Origin: Bacteroidales bacterium
GTDB taxonomy: Bacteria > Bacteroidota > Bacteroidia > Bacteroidales > UBA7960
Assembly: GCA_003555385.1 (NCBI GenBank)
Contig: PWHO01000102.1
Location: 1-36,936 of the forward strand
Length of the DNA stretch: 36,936 nucleotides
Direction: 5' to 3'
The position numbers were made by a program, and so were the translations under genes. Below the pieces are notes generated by a model. That model was not told the DNA's origin and made no database searches. It worked only from the letters and a program-made list of their open reading frames with translations. Below, piece by piece: positions 1 through 7,774 of this stretch; position 1 is the stretch's first letter; every line of letters starts with the position of its first letter.

Positions 1-69
1 GATACCCGCGTACGCGGTATATAGCAGACCTGAAAGAACTGGAAACTTTTATTGACCAATACCAACCTT

Positions 70-504
70 ATGGATAAAAAAGACCTTATAACCAGTGCCG
101 GCAAACTGGGACCCTTCAGCAAAGCCACAGCCGAAGCTTATGCAGCTGCCTCTCAGCGCATGGTTGCCCGGATCAACGAACAGATGATTTCGCGTCCGGA
201 CATCGATGAACTGGTCGGAAAGGCTGGCCGGGAAATGATGTGTGACAACCATGCCAATCATGCCCGCTTCATTGCCTCCATCCTGGAAAACCACAACTCC
301 GAGGTGTTGGTAGAAACCATTTTGTGGGTATTCAGGGCATACCGCAGCAGGGGGTTTGCCTCCACTTACTGGGCCGCTCAGCTGAATGCTTGGATGGATA
401 TCATCAGGGAAGAGTTACCTGCCGAAGCTTACGATGAGGCCCTGCCCCTTTATGAGTGGATGCAGGTAAACATCCCGCTGTTTGAGCATTTATCGCATCA
501 GTAA
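70..504 (+). CDS. hypothetical all-helical protein, probable partner of the downstream histidine kinase (a sensor-globin-like fold is only a guess)
   Basis: ORF 52..504 starts at TTG; the first ATG is at 70. It ends 22 nt upstream of the kinase gene on the same strand. The sequence is Trp/His-rich and helical-looking, with no motif I can name with certainty. Confidence 0.6.
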   Translation: MDKKDLITSAGKLGPFSKATAEAYAAASQRMVARINEQMISRPDIDELVGKAGREMMCDNHANHARFIASILENHNSEVLVETILWVFRAYRSRGFASTYWAAQLNAWMDIIREELPAEAYDEALPLYEWMQVNIPLFEHLSHQ

Positions 505-526
505 CAGGTAATCGGCCGTTGAAATA

Positions 527-1717
527 ATGAAAGAAACCGAACAGATGCAGTTCCTCTCCCGCTGGCTGTCAGAGATCGAAAACGCTGCGCTCTCAAGCAA
601 GGCGCTATGCATCGCCGTTTTTTCCACTGAAGACCGTTCCCTGCTTTTTGGCAACAGCGCTTTCCGGCTGCTGATGCACGGAACAGCCTCAGAGACCCTG
701 ATTAACCCTGCCTTTGACAAGCTGATTGAACTTCCCTGTCCGCCCGATGCTGCTGAACCGGTATATGAGGGTATGCTCACCATTGGCAGTGAATCCCATA
801 TCAATACAACCATTCAGGCCCGGGTGTTCCGAAGAAACGGTCAAATGCTGGTTACAGGTGAAGTCGACCTGAACCGCATGGTAAAGCAGAATCAGCAAAT
901 GGCCGAACTGAACCGGGAAACAAATAACCTGCAACGACAGCTGACCAAGGAAAAGATCCTGATGGAGCAGACCCTGGATGACCTGAAAAAGGCCAACGAA
1001 CAGCTGGCCATTCTCCACGAGGAGAAAAACAAGTTCATGAACATGGCCGCCCATGATCTGCGAAACCCTATTTCCGCCGCCATTTCGTATGCAGATATCC
1101 TGATCAATGATCCAGACAGTTTTTCCCGGGCTCAGCAGCAAGCATTTCTCAAAAACATCGAGGAGCGCCTGCAGTTTTCCCTGCGCCTGATGACAGAGCT
1201 GCTGGACATTTCAAAAATTGAGGCAGGCAACGTGACGCTGAAACTAAAATCCGGTGATTATGTATCCCTGCTTCAGAAAAGTGTAGAATTCAACCAGATG
1301 GTGGCCAGGTACAAGAATATTGAAATCCGACTGGAATGCCCGAAGGAAGCCTGGTATTTCACTTTTGACAGCAACAAAACTGAGCAGGTTCTGAATAACC
1401 TGCTCAGCAATGCGATCAAATACTCGCACAAAAACAGTACGGTAATTGTCAGAGCCATTCAGGAAGGCGGATATGTCAGAACCTCCGTGATTGACCATGG
1501 CCTGGGAATCAAAGAAGATGAAATCCCTTACATATTTCAACCCTTTCACAAATCCAGTACTCGCCCCACCGCCGGTGAAACGAGCACCGGTCTGGGACTG
1601 GCCATCAGCAGGAAGATCATCGAAGAGCACGGGGGAGCACTGTCAGTGGAAAGCAAAGACGGGGAAGGATCCTGTTTTTCATTTACTTTGCCGCTTCGGG
1701 ACAACACGGATAACTAA
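527..1717 (+). CDS. cytoplasmic sensor histidine kinase (PAS-like N-terminus, coiled coil, HisKA, HATPase_c)
   Basis: H-box MAAHDLRNPISAI, N-box NLLSNAIKYS, G1 DHGLGI, G2 [18 protein letters not shown]. No predicted TM segment. Long heptad-like linker QQMAELNRETNNLQRQL. Confidence 0.9.
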   Translation: MKETEQMQFLSRWLSEIENAALSSKALCIAVFSTEDRSLLFGNSAFRLLMHGTASETLINPAFDKLIELPCPPDAAEPVYEGMLTIGSESHINTTIQARVFRRNGQMLVTGEVDLNRMVKQNQQMAELNRETNNLQRQLTKEKILMEQTLDDLKKANEQLAILHEEKNKFMNMAAHDLRNPISAAISYADILINDPDSFSRAQQQAFLKNIEERLQFSLRLMTELLDISKIEAGNVTLKLKSGDYVSLLQKSVEFNQMVARYKNIEIRLECPKEAWYFTFDSNKTEQVLNNLLSNAIKYSHKNSTVIVRAIQEGGYVRTSVIDHGLGIKEDEIPYIFQPFHKSSTRPTAGETSTGLGLAISRKIIEEHGGALSVESKDGEGSCFSFTLPLRDNTDN

Positions 1718-1791
1718 TACAATGATATAATAATGACCCGCAAATTTTCCTCCGGGGAACAACAATCACAAAACTTTCAGGAACTGCGTGA

Positions 1792-2007
1792 AGCGCTCAA
1801 AAGAGAGCGGCATCTGAAAAATGCACTCAAAGGCCTTCGGGAGAAAAGTCGGGAGTCGGTCTGGGGCTTGCAATTTCCAGATCTTTTGTCAGACTGCCCG
1901 GGGGCGATATCTGGCTGGAATCAGAACCGGGCAAAGGAAGTATTTTTTATTTCACCATCCCATGGAAACCCTGCAGCCCGGCCGGCTTAACTAAAGGTAC
2001 TCCGTAA
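1792..2007 (+). pseudogene. relic of a histidine kinase C-terminus (HATPase_c G2 box and last strands only)
   Basis: Frame +1, between the stop at 1789..1791 and the stop at 2005..2007, reads [44 protein letters not shown]. No H-box, N-box or G1 box precedes it. The listed 85-aa ORF 1733..1990 is in a different frame. Confidence 0.4.
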
Positions 2008-3313
2008 TCCTTCCCGAAATGTATTTCAGGGAGATCTCAGCCATTTTGGCCTGGTACTGAACCGTCAGCAGGCGCTCCTCCGCTTCAAGCAGGGTTTTCT
2101 GCACCTCCCTGAGTTCAATGCCCGAAAGCTCTCCGAGCCGGTATCGCTCCATGGCAATATTCAGGGTTTCATAAGCCACATCCAGGTTTTGTGATTCCAT
2201 CTCAATGAGGCGGAAGAAATTCAGGTACTCTTCATAGTTGGTGATCAGGTCAGCCATTACAGCATTCCTTGCATCATCTTCCCTGAGCAGGCTGTTTTCC
2301 ACTTCTATCCGGGCATTGCTCATGCGCCTGCGCTGATTGAAGCCGTCAAACAGGTTCATTCCCAGGGTAATTCCGTAATTCATACCCAAGGTCTGCTGAT
2401 CGGTGTAAGTTCCGGTTTGATAAGTGTTGTGGGAAAGCCCGTAACCAGAATTAAGGCTCACATAAGGATAGGTATTGGCAGCAACCATCTTTTGTTCATA
2501 TTCAGAGATCGTGGTGTTTTTGGCGGCAGCACGCAAACTGGTGTTATTTTCTTCCGTGGAACGCCTCAGACTCTCAAGGATCAGAATATCCTCCAGCGGA
2601 ATAATGGTGTCGGAAGGCTGCACCCCATCCCTGAGGTCTTCTTTGGCCATCAGTTCATTCAGACGGATACGTGAAGCCCTGACAACCTCTTCCTGCCTCG
2701 TCATACGCGAACTGTCGGCATTAAGAAACACCTCGGCCTGCAACAGCTGCAGCCTCGATCCGGATCCCAGCAGGTATCGCTCCTCGTCGATACGGACCCT
2801 TTCCCGCGATAATTCCACAGCAAACTTCAGGTTCTCCAGTTGCTGTTTATGCTGAATAAGGTTGAAGTACTCCGCACTCAGACTGGCGATCAGGTTTTCG
2901 ATGGACTGCTGCGTGTTCAGCTCCCCCATTTCCTGTAAAACACCCAGGCGGTCATAGGAAGTCTGCACACGAAATCCGTCGAATATGGTCCAGCCCAGGC
3001 TCAGGTTCACACTGGCCACTGTATTGTGTATTCCGCGGGAAGAAGAAGTGGTACCATCCAGGTTGCTCCTGTCGGTGTTATTGCGGGTCCCGGAATACTG
3101 GCTGCGCAAATCCAGTGAAGGGAAAAATCCCGCATTGCCACGACTGAAATTGTTATCCGATATTTCCTGCCCTTTCCTGGCCATCCGGACGGAGAAATTG
3201 TTTTCCAGCCCGAATGCCAACACCTCCTGCAAACTTTTAACCTCTTGTGCATGGCTCCATAAAAAAGGAAACATCAACAAGGTTGCAATCAATATCAGCT
3301 GTTTTCTGTACAT
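1991..3313 (-). CDS. TolC-family outer-membrane efflux protein
   Basis: 440 aa with a signal peptide ([24 protein letters not shown]) and a two-repeat coiled/beta TolC-like sequence. It is the last gene of the adaptor-RND-OMP operon, 33 nt after the RND gene. Confidence 0.88.
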   Translation of the reverse strand: MYRKQLILIATLLMFPFLWSHAQEVKSLQEVLAFGLENNFSVRMARKGQEISDNNFSRGNAGFFPSLDLRSQYSGTRNNTDRSNLDGTTSSSRGIHNTVASVNLSLGWTIFDGFRVQTSYDRLGVLQEMGELNTQQSIENLIASLSAEYFNLIQHKQQLENLKFAVELSRERVRIDEERYLLGSGSRLQLLQAEVFLNADSSRMTRQEEVVRASRIRLNELMAKEDLRDGVQPSDTIIPLEDILILESLRRSTEENNTSLRAAAKNTTISEYEQKMVAANTYPYVSLNSGYGLSHNTYQTGTYTDQQTLGMNYGITLGMNLFDGFNQRRRMSNARIEVENSLLREDDARNAVMADLITNYEEYLNFFRLIEMESQNLDVAYETLNIAMERYRLGELSGIELREVQKTLLEAEERLLTVQYQAKMAEISLKYISGRITEYL

Positions 3314-3346
3314 CTTTTGATCCGCATTATTATTGTTTGAAAAATA

Positions 3347-6300
3347 TTATCCTTCATTCGGCACGCCTTCATCCAGCGGCCCGGCACTTTTTGTTTCCGA
3401 TGAGATGTATGAGTAAACCGCGGGGACCACAAAGAGCGTCAGGAAAGTGGAAAAAATCAGACCACCGATCACCGCCACGCCCATCGAAATCCTTCCCTCT
3501 GCTCCCTGACCCATCCCAAGCGTCAATGGCATCACACCCAGAATGGTCGACAAACTGGTCATTAAAATGGGACGGAACCTCGCAGCGGCAGCATACTTAA
3601 TGGCCTCCAGCTTGGCCATGCCGGCCAGTTTGCGCTGGTTGGCAAACTCCACCATCAGGATACCGTTCTTGGAAACCAGGCCGATCAGCATGATGATACC
3701 GATCTGACTGAAAATATTCATGGTGATGCCAAAATACCAGAGAAACAACATGGCACCTGTCATGGCAAGGGGCACGGTCATCATCACAATAAGGGGATCC
3801 CTGAAACTTTCAAACTGGGCGGAAAGCACAAGAAAGATCAGTACAATGGCCAGCACGAATGCAAAGATCAGACTGGAAGCACTTTCCTGGTAATCCCTGG
3901 AATCTCCGTCCAATGCGGTTCTGAAAGTTTCATCCAGCACTTCGTCCGCAATTTTATCCATCTCTTCAATGCCTTCACTGATGGTATAACCGGGTGCCAG
4001 GTTGGCAGAAACCGTTGCCGACACAAAACGGTTGTAACGGTATAACTGGGGCGGAGCGGTTCGCTCCCTCAGGGTCACAAGATTATCAAGCTGAATCATG
4101 TCTCCGTTGTTGTTACGAACATACAACGATTTCAGGTCGAGGGGGGTATTGCGGTCTTCGCGGCTGAGCTCACCCAGCACCTGGTACTGCTTACCGTGCA
4201 TAAAGAAATAACCGAACCGCTGGCCGCTGAGCGCCAGCTGGAGGGTCTGTCCGATATTCTGCGTGGAAACCCCGAGGGCATTGGCTTTATCCCTGTTAAT
4301 CTCGATCTGCATCTCCGGCAGGTTAAATCTCAGGTTCACGTCAGGGGCCTGTAACACATGGTTTTCATTCGCCCGTTCCATAAAGGCTGGCAGCACATCC
4401 CTGATGCGCTCAATGTCCTGGGCCTGGATCACATACTGAACAGGCCGCCCGGAACGCCTTCCGCCGAAGGTGGATTGCTGGTTCACGAAAGCCATGGCCC
4501 GGGTCTTTTCCCGGAGGGCCACCGACAGCCGGTCAGCGATTTCCTGCTGGGATGCTTCCCGCTCAGAAGGATCTTTCAAAACGACACGTACATTGGCCCA
4601 ACCGCCAAATACCATAGAGGTAATGGATTCCCTTTCAGGCACCATTTCTTCGGCCATATCCGCAATATCGTCAATATAATCACGGATAAATTCATAGGTG
4701 GTGCCTTCAGGAGCCCGGGCATTGATGGTAAGCTGTGAACGGTCTTCCAGCGGGGCCATCTCACCCGGTATCGCATTGAACAACACCACCACCATGCCGG
4801 CTGAGGCCACCAGGATGAGCAATGCCATCCACCGCCTTTTCATAAAGCGTTCAAGACTGTTCGTGTAAGCCAGGTTCAGCGACTTAAAAAAACCTTCAGT
4901 CTGCCGGTAAAACCGCCCCCTGGTCTTTCGCTGCTTCAGGATTTTGGTGGAAAGCATGGGGGTAAAACTCAGAGCCACAAAGGATGAAATAAGAACCGCC
5001 CCGGCAATCACGATGGAAAACTCCCTGAACAACCGGCCGGTCATCCCCTCCAGAAAAACAATGGGGAAAAATACAGCGACAAGGGTGATGGTGGTGGCAA
5101 TGATGGCAAAGAAGATCTCCTTTGCCCCTGCCAGCCCGGCCTGTGCCGGCGTCATCCCCTTCTCAATTTTCACATAAATATTCTCCATCATCACAATGGC
5201 ATCATCCACCACCAAACCAATCGCCAGTACAATGGCCAGCAGGGTAAGCACATTGATGGAGAATCCGGCCAGGTACATGATAAAGAAAGAACCGATCAGT
5301 GAAACCGGAATTACCAAAACCGGAATAATGGTTGTCCGCCAGTCGCGGAGAAACAGAAAGATGATGATTACCACCAGGGTAAAGGCAATAAATATGGTAT
5401 TGCGTACTTCCCGTATGGATGAACGGATATAGTCGGTATTGTCAAAACCGATGTTGATGGCCACGTCATCCGGGATATCCCTTTCGATCATGGCCAGGCG
5501 ACGGTAGACCTCATCCACAATATCGATGTGATTGGAACCGGGCTGGGGCACAATGGCGTTACCCACAAGGGGAACCCCGTCACGCCGGACCAGCCCCCGC
5601 AGATCCTCCGGGCCCAGTTCGGCACGTCCCACATCCCTGAACCGCACAATCTGGCCGTCCGCATCACTGATGATCATATTGTTGAACTCTTCCGGGGTGG
5701 ACATCAGGCCCAGCGTCCGGATGGTCAGCTCGACGGTATTGCCTTCGATGCGGCCCGACGGAAGCTCCACATTTTCCCTTTGCAGGGTGTTTCGCACATC
5801 CATCGGGGTCAGCCCGTAGCCGGCCAGTTTTGCAGGATCAAGCCACAAGCGCATTGCATAGCGTTTCTGCCCCCAAATATGGATGCCGCTCACCCCGGGT
5901 ATTGTCTGCAGCTGCTCGGCAAGGGTAAGCTCGGCGATCTCAGAAAGCTCCAGCAGGGAGCGGGTTTCACTCTCCACGGTCACAAACATAATCGGGCTGG
6001 AATCGGCATCCGCCTTGGAAACAATAGGCGGATCGACATCGCGGGGAAGTCGCCGCTGGGCCTGGGCCACTTTGTCACGCACATCGTTGGCCGCGGTTTC
6101 CATATCCACACTCAGTTCAAATTCAACCGTGATCCGGCTGTTTCCCTGGCGGCTGGTGCTGGTCAGGGAACGAATTCCGGGAACGGCATTGATCGCCTGC
6201 TCCAGGGGCTCGGTGATCTGGGTCTCGATCACATCAGAGTTGGCTCCCGGATAGGAGGTGCTTACAGAAATGACGGGCGGATCTACGCTGGGAAACTCCC

Positions 6301-6403
6301 TCACCCCCAGATAAGTCATCCCGATGACCCCGAAAAGAACGATCACAATAACAAACACGGTGGCCAACACCGGTCGTTGAATACTTATGGAAGAGAGACT
6401 CAT
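3347..6403 (-). CDS. RND multidrug efflux permease (AcrB/HAE1 family)
   Basis: 1018 aa. The N-terminus SIQRPVLATVFVIVIVLFGVIGMTYLGVREFPSVDPPVISVSTSYPGA is typical of AcrB-like pumps. Twelve TM-like segments and two large periplasmic loops. Confidence 0.95.
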   Translation of the reverse strand: MSLSSISIQRPVLATVFVIVIVLFGVIGMTYLGVREFPSVDPPVISVSTSYPGANSDVIETQITEPLEQAINAVPGIRSLTSTSRQGNSRITVEFELSVDMETAANDVRDKVAQAQRRLPRDVDPPIVSKADADSSPIMFVTVESETRSLLELSEIAELTLAEQLQTIPGVSGIHIWGQKRYAMRLWLDPAKLAGYGLTPMDVRNTLQRENVELPSGRIEGNTVELTIRTLGLMSTPEEFNNMIISDADGQIVRFRDVGRAELGPEDLRGLVRRDGVPLVGNAIVPQPGSNHIDIVDEVYRRLAMIERDIPDDVAINIGFDNTDYIRSSIREVRNTIFIAFTLVVIIIFLFLRDWRTTIIPVLVIPVSLIGSFFIMYLAGFSINVLTLLAIVLAIGLVVDDAIVMMENIYVKIEKGMTPAQAGLAGAKEIFFAIIATTITLVAVFFPIVFLEGMTGRLFREFSIVIAGAVLISSFVALSFTPMLSTKILKQRKTRGRFYRQTEGFFKSLNLAYTNSLERFMKRRWMALLILVASAGMVVVLFNAIPGEMAPLEDRSQLTINARAPEGTTYEFIRDYIDDIADMAEEMVPERESITSMVFGGWANVRVVLKDPSEREASQQEIADRLSVALREKTRAMAFVNQQSTFGGRRSGRPVQYVIQAQDIERIRDVLPAFMERANENHVLQAPDVNLRFNLPEMQIEINRDKANALGVSTQNIGQTLQLALSGQRFGYFFMHGKQYQVLGELSREDRNTPLDLKSLYVRNNNGDMIQLDNLVTLRERTAPPQLYRYNRFVSATVSANLAPGYTISEGIEEMDKIADEVLDETFRTALDGDSRDYQESASSLIFAFVLAIVLIFLVLSAQFESFRDPLIVMMTVPLAMTGAMLFLWYFGITMNIFSQIGIIMLIGLVSKNGILMVEFANQRKLAGMAKLEAIKYAAAARFRPILMTSLSTILGVMPLTLGMGQGAEGRISMGVAVIGGLIFSTFLTLFVVPAVYSYISSETKSAGPLDEGVPNEG

Positions 6404-6413
6404 GATTTATTTC

Positions 6414-7493
6414 TTAAAAGTTATCAAGCTCCACAGGAAGTCCCTGGCGGAGCTGTAAAACACCTGTGGTCAGAAGGGTGTCACCGAAGGAGAGACCGTC
6501 AACGACCTGCACCCGATCCTCTGCGCGGATGCCGGTTTGCACGTATACGGGCTCGGCAACTCCGTTGCGATATAAAAACACCCTGTCCCCTTCCATTTCA
6601 GGGATCAGTGCCTCGGAAGGGATGGTGATCGCTTCAGTGCTTTCAGCCAATGTCAGTGATATACTGGCGAAACGACCAGGGTTGAGCTCTCCGCCAACAT
6701 TGTCATAAAGGGCTCTGACCCGTATTGTACGGGTTCTTTCATCCACCATCGGGTTAACTGCATACACTTCGGCTTCCATCGTATTCAGGATGCCGTCAAT
6801 ACTGAAAGTCACCGGAAAACCGGGAGTGATCTCCCCGGCATAACGTTCCGGAACGGAAAACTCTATTTTCAGGGGTTCGATTTTAATCAGCCGGGCCAGG
6901 TTTGTACTGGGTGACGCGTAACTTCCTTCACTCAGATACCGAAGCCCGACGATTCCGTCAAAAGGGGCACGCACCTCGGTTTCTGCTATACGTGCATGCA
7001 ATAACTCTATGTCTGCGTCCAGCGACTCCAGTTCAGTAAGCACCTGGTCGTAAGCCTCCTGGCTGATGGCATCCCGCTCAAGCAGGCTCTGCTGACGAAA
7101 CTCCCGCTCAACCAGCAACCGGCGCTGTGCCTCAAGTTTCTGGAGCTGGGCCTGGAGGTGCCGGTCATTCATTTTAGCCAGCAAATCCCCCTCCTCCACC
7201 AGGCTGCCTTCCCGGAAGTGGATCCCCACCACTTTCCCGCTGGTCTCAAAAGCCAAATCCACCTCCTCATCGGGCAAGAGATTTCCGGTGGTCCGCACCT
7301 GGTCGCGAATAGGCATAGGCTCAATCACATATCCGCTCACCCTGAGCGCCTGCCGTTGCCGGGGCTGAAATGAAGTATCCGGTCCGCTTCCGGCACCGGA
7401 AGAAAACAAAGGCCTTATTTTCGGATAAGCAATGATCACGACCAACAGCACCAGAATGGCCAGGTTGATCACAATTTTAAATTTTTTATTCAT
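6414..7493 (-). CDS. RND efflux periplasmic adaptor (membrane fusion protein, HlyD/AcrA family)
   Basis: 359 aa with an N-terminal membrane anchor, a coiled-coil hairpin (LQAQLQKLEAQRRLL ... LESLDADIELLHARI) and beta-barrel/lipoyl-like segments. It lies 10 nt upstream of the RND gene. Confidence 0.9.
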   Translation of the reverse strand: MNKKFKIVINLAILVLLVVIIAYPKIRPLFSSGAGSGPDTSFQPRQRQALRVSGYVIEPMPIRDQVRTTGNLLPDEEVDLAFETSGKVVGIHFREGSLVEEGDLLAKMNDRHLQAQLQKLEAQRRLLVEREFRQQSLLERDAISQEAYDQVLTELESLDADIELLHARIAETEVRAPFDGIVGLRYLSEGSYASPSTNLARLIKIEPLKIEFSVPERYAGEITPGFPVTFSIDGILNTMEAEVYAVNPMVDERTRTIRVRALYDNVGGELNPGRFASISLTLAESTEAITIPSEALIPEMEGDRVFLYRNGVAEPVYVQTGIRAEDRVQVVDGLSFGDTLLTTGVLQLRQGLPVELDNF

Positions 7494-7611
7494 CGTTTAC
7501 TGGTAAAATGGTTTGCAATGGGGTGATTCAAGCAGGGGTTTTATATCAAAATATATTAACATCTTACGTCCGGTTTTGTTTATTCAGCCAACCCGGGCTG
7601 CCAAAGCGCGG

Positions 7612-7619
7612 CAAATATA
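7612..7619 (-). promoter_or_regulatory. candidate Bacteroidota -7 box (TATATTTG) for the efflux operon
   Basis: The plus strand reads CAAATATA, which is TAnnTTTG on the minus strand. It sits about 120 nt upstream of the adaptor start at 7493. Confidence 0.3.
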
Positions 7620-7774
7620 TGGATCAACCCCGCTTAACCACGTATATTTAACCTTAAAAAACGCAAATACCTGCTTCAAATAAACTCCCCGAATCAGGTT
7701 TTTGTTTATTTTTAACCGGAATTACTCTAATCCATTATTCACCTCATCGAATTAACCACTATTATTTTACAAAA

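Noticed and set aside
6-17. Perfect 12-bp palindrome CCGCGTACGCGG at the window edge; a possible stop of an upstream gene at 22..24
   Set aside because: It is too close to the window edge to interpret. It may simply lie in the 3' end of a truncated upstream CDS, and there is no T-tract to call a terminator.
1733-1990. 85-aa ORF as a genuine small protein
   Set aside because: Its second half is the out-of-frame reading of a kinase G2-box relic, and it has no family resemblance. It is better explained as part of a decayed kinase gene.
5528-6628. 366-aa plus-strand ORF antisense to the RND permease and adaptor genes
   Set aside because: It lies entirely opposite two strongly supported genes and even crosses their intergenic gap. 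Its Gly/Arg/His/Pro-rich, low-complexity translation is typical of a shadow ORF, and it has no recognisable motif.
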